DNA of 64,000 nucleotides. Source: Cycas panzhihuaensis (taxonomy: Eukaryota; Plantae; Cycadophyta). The number at the start of each line of letters is the position of its first letter. Position 1 is the first letter of the stretch. The position numbers and the translations under genes are program-made. Below the pieces are notes generated by a model that had not been told where the DNA came from, made no database searches, and was given only the letters and a program-made list of their open reading frames with translations. The stretch covers positions 147,443,741 through 147,507,740 of the forward strand of contig CM041465.1 in assembly GCA_023213395.1 (NCBI GenBank). Reading direction: 5' to 3'. Positions 59,965-64,000 of this stretch are shown piece after piece.

Positions 59965-62840
59965 GCCTTTGGATAGGAAGCAAGTGCAGATTGAAGGCCT
60001 AAGGAATAGGTACAGTGACGTATTCCAAGAGCCGAAAGGGCTGCCCCCTAAAAGGGCAATTGAACATGAAATCCAGTTGGTTGCTGATTCACCTTTGCTG
60101 AATCTTAGTCTCTACTGAAACTCAGTTTTGGAGAATGAATAGATTAAGAGGCAGATTCGAGAACTCTTGGAACAAGGAGTGATTAAGCCGAGTTGTTCTC
60201 CATGTGGATCACCTACTGTTTTGGTGCCAAAGAAAGATGGAGGATGGAGAATGTGCATTGACTATCGGGCCTTGAACAAGATCACCATAAAGAATAGACA
60301 TCCCTTACCACGGATAGATGACTTGTTGGACCAGCTGCAGTCGGCAAGATATTTCAGCAAAATGGATCTGAAATCAGGCTACCATCAGGTTCGAATCCGA
60401 GAGGAGGATACTTGGAAGACAGCCTTCAAATCGAAGCAAGGATTGTTCGAATGGTTGGTGATGCCATTTGGTTTGTGCAATGCACCTGCCACCTTCATGA
60501 GGTTGATGAATGAGGTATTAAGACCCTTCATTGATGACTTTGTAATTGTTTATCTAGATGATATTTTAATTTTTAGCCATACATGGAAGGAGCACCTCCA
60601 ACATGTTGAGCAAGTGCTCAAAGTTCTCCAAGAGCAGTAGTTGAAACTAAATCTAAAGAAGCGCGAGTTTGGAAAGCAATCTCTCGTCTTCTTAGGTTTC
60701 GTGGTTGGAGGAGGAGAATTGAAGATTGACCCAGCAAAGATCAAAGTCATTCTCAATTGGCCCACACCCAAGACAATCACGGAGGTAAGAAGTTTCATTG
60801 GTGCATGTCAATATTTAAGAAAATTTATTTTTAAATTCTCTCAAATTGCAGCACCTCTTCATGCATTGACGGGAGGACATGCAAAGTTTCATTGGGAGAA
60901 TGAACAAGAAAAAGCTTTCAGGCTTTTGAAGCAGAAAATTTGTGAGGCACTAGTGTTAGCTTTACCCTCACCGAAGCCATTTGAATTGGAGGCGATGCTT
61001 CAGGCTATGCCATGGGAGCAGTATTGAAGCAAGAAGGAAAACCGATAGCATACCATTCAGAGACATTTAATGGAGCTATCATAAACTACTCAACTTACGA
61101 TAAGGAGCTCTATGCATTGCACCAAGCAGTAAAGCATTGGAGACCCTATTTGTTGGGAAAGAAGTGGTCATCCACACCGACCACAAGCCTTTGCAATTTT
61201 TCTGAGACTCGGTCAAGTTGCAGCAGGCTAGGCACATGAAGTGGATGTCCTATTTGTAGCAGTTTCACATCGTAGTTAAATACAAGAAAGGAACGGCAAA
61301 TAAGATTGCAGACTTGCTGTCCAGACCTCCTCAACAGCAAGGTAATTCCAGTTTGTTGGCAGCTATGCAATTTCAACCTTTCTGCCATGATGAATATGTT
61401 GATTTGTATTTGAAAGATGAGGCATTCAAGCCTATCTTTGAGCAGCTACAACAAGGAAAAGTAGTTGCTGATTTCCAGCTGAAAGATGGACTTCTATGTA
61501 AGCAAGACAAGCTTTGCATTCCAAAGCATGCAGACTGAATGAAGTGGATAAGAGAAGCTCACATCTCTCGAGTTGCAGGACACTTTGGAGTGGGAAAAAC
61601 GTTGCTAAACTTGTAGCGATATATGTATTGGCCAAATATGCAGCAAGATGTGACTATAGTAGTACGAGGGTGTACATTATGTAGCGCATCAAAGCCGGCT
61701 AATAGGAAGTTTGGATTGTACATTCCACTTCCTGTTCCATCATGACCGTGGGAAAGTATCTCCATGGATTTCCTGGGAGGACTACCACAAACCAAAAATG
61801 GTATGGATTATTTGTTTGTAGTTGTTGATCAGTTCAGTAAAATGGTGATGTTGATTCCCTGTAGGAAAACACATACAGGAGAAGACATAGCTAGATTATT
61901 TTTCCAGCATGTTTGGAAGTATTTTGGACTTCCCAACTCAATCATTTCTGATCGAGACAGCAGATTTCTGAGTCATTTTTGGCAAACACTTTGGGGAATG
62001 ATGGATACGAAGCTAAAGATGAGCACGACTTTTCATCCTCAAACAGACGGCCATACTGAAGTTGTCAACAGGACATTGGTACAGTTGTTACGAGGATACA
62101 ATGCCAAGCATCCTAAGACTTGGGATGAAAGTCTCCCATACCTGCAATTTGCATTTAATAGAGCTATCCATAGCTCAACCCAAAAATCACCATTTGAGGT
62201 ATGTTTGAGATTTCTGTCTGCAAGTCCTTTCAATCTAGAATTCTCTGCTCAACTTTCTACAGGAAATGGAAAGGAGGAAGAAGGAGATGAAAAGGCACAA
62301 AGATTCTTGGAAAGAATCAGAAAAATCCATCAACAGGTTGAAGAGCAGCTTCAAAAATCTCAACAGAGATACAAACAGCGACATGATGCACATAGAACCA
62401 GCCATTCCTTTAAGGAAGGAGATAGAGTTTGGTTGCACCTCAGTAAGAAAAGATTGCAAGGTGAAGACAAAAAGCTAAAGCCTTTACGATATGGTCCTTT
62501 TACAATCCTGAAGAAAATTGGGGAAAACGCTTTCCAGCTTGAACTTCCAGAATTCATGAAGATGTATTCCATAGTGAATGTTGAGAATCTGAAGATGTTC
62601 GAGCCATCCATGTTGGATGAAGATGAAGACGGAGTTCCACTCTTACCAAATCCAGAGGAGTTGCGGATAGAGAAAGAAGAACCAATGCAAAATGATTGCA
62701 TTCTTCAAAGGAAGCAGACCCAGACTCGAAGAGGCATAATCGAGTCCTTCAAAATTGCAGAGAAAGGACAAGTACCTAGCAAAGCAAAATGGTACAATAA
62801 GGAGATAGGGAAAATCAAATTCTCTCATCTACAACTATAA
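59965..62840 (+). pseudogene. RT, RNase H, integrase and atypical C-terminal (chromodomain-like / CR-type) tail of element F
   Basis: [57 protein letters not shown]; tail ILQRKQTQTRRG...KGQVPSKAKWY; several stops and frameshifts. Confidence 0.93.
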
Positions 62841-64000
62841 AGTTCATGAGGCCATGAACTTCTAAAAAAGGGGAGTTCTGATTCGTTTTCGGATCTTTAA
62901 ATACTCTTAAAATACTTTGCTTTTCATGTAAATGGTCTTTATGTATTAGAAAATTGCCTTAAAAAGGCTTAATGGTCTTCATTTAGTAGAAATATGCCTT
63001 TAAAAGGCTAAAAAAATGTAAAAAATATATTTCTACAAGTGCAAATAGGTGCTATTAAGGTGCTATAACTGCTACCAAGGTGCTACTAAGGTGCTACAAC
63101 TGCTACCAAGGTGCTATACAAGTGCTACGAGCGCTCTGCTACAAGACAGCTGCGTCAACTACTCTGCGGCCAGCTAAGAATCGTGTCAAGCCACACAAGC
63201 TGCGGCAAAGAATCGCTACCTAAAAGTAAAAAAATGGAAAAATAAGAAAAACGGAAATGATTTTGGCAGCGCAAACGGGATCCGTTTGGCACGAAATTTG
63301 AGGAGAGAGCATGCACACATGTCCTCTACACATTTAAAGAGGAAAAACTCCAAATTAAAAGGATTTTTCCAAGATTTCACAAGCCGTTTTGGAATCCGTT
63401 GGAAAACGGAAAAACGGAAATAACTCTTGCAAATGAAAACGCTTTTAAGCGAAATTTTGGAGAGGAACAAAAGGGATATCGACAGAGATTTTTATCAGGA
63501 AAATGAGGATGCCGCAGCCCTAGACGTAGCACGGAGTAAGATTCGAGGAAAGCTTCGAGAAAATCGTTTTTTCGGAAAGAGAACGGCTCCAGAAAGTGAA
63601 AGTCTGCGTTGGGAGAGAAGAAGACAGAAATGTAGCGGAAAAAACCTGTTGCGGGGATCTTGAAGGAGCCGGAAGATCGTAGTTGCAGCTGAGTGGAGAA
63701 GATGGTTGCAGTCGAGAAAGAGACGCTAGCCAGTTTTTTTTTCTTCACCAAAAAGGGGTTTTTGGTAATAAATGACCAAAAACGTTTTGCAGACTTCGAG
63801 ACAGAGGTTTCAGTGAGCAGTAGCGACTCAAGGAGCGCCCAAAGACTCAATTTCTCTCTCCCAAAACGTCAGAGTCCCTTGCATGCTCAATAGAGCACAA
63901 ACAAAAGGAGTTTTGTAAGAAAATTCCAAATATTTTCAATTCTATGTAATAATAATGTAAATTGTTCTGGATTTTGTTTCAATTGGTTAAAGTCTTCACT

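Larger units (their letters stand above)
56973..64000 (+). mobile_element. CRM-like Ty3/Gypsy element F, the least decayed coding region here; 3' LTR runs about 22 bp past the window end
   Basis: 5' LTR 56973-58146 (TGATC...GATCA); PBS TGGTATCAGAGC 58153-58164; PPT AAAAAAGGGGAG before the 3' LTR starting at 62879. Confidence 0.95.

Overview
AT-rich eukaryotic (plant-type) nuclear DNA made almost entirely of nested, mostly decayed LTR retrotransposons, as expected for a large-genome vascular plant (gymnosperm- or fern-like; host is inference). No intact host gene, rRNA, tRNA gene or CRISPR array was found. Left third: three-level nest. A full-length 10.5 kb Athila-like (non-chromoviral Ty3/Gypsy) element (5545-16066, minus, TSD CAAAT) sits in the 5' LTR of a non-autonomous Copia derivative (1883-16309, minus, TSD GATAT), which sits in an older LTR. 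Next come an L1 endonuclease fragment, chromoviral Gypsy copies (17046-18380, 21052-26309, 34071-40017), two Copia elements, a second Athila-like fragment (31850-32990), a CpG-rich island with candidate host first exons (44590-45660), two CRM-like Gypsy elements (47163-53281; 56973 to beyond the window) and a possible Harbinger remnant. Most interesting: (i) two diverged Athila-like elements both carry a tandem pair of extra capsid-N-terminal-like (Gag-like) domains directly upstream of RT, between protease and RT in the full-length copy; (ii) the full-length copy has a tRNA-Glu-type PBS plus two LTR boxes complementary to the anticodon arm of the same tRNA, suggesting multipartite priming; (iii) the non-autonomous Copia has replaced its coding region with hairpin-forming repeat arrays. 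All translations, alignments and counts were done by eye; boundaries without TSD support are approximate.
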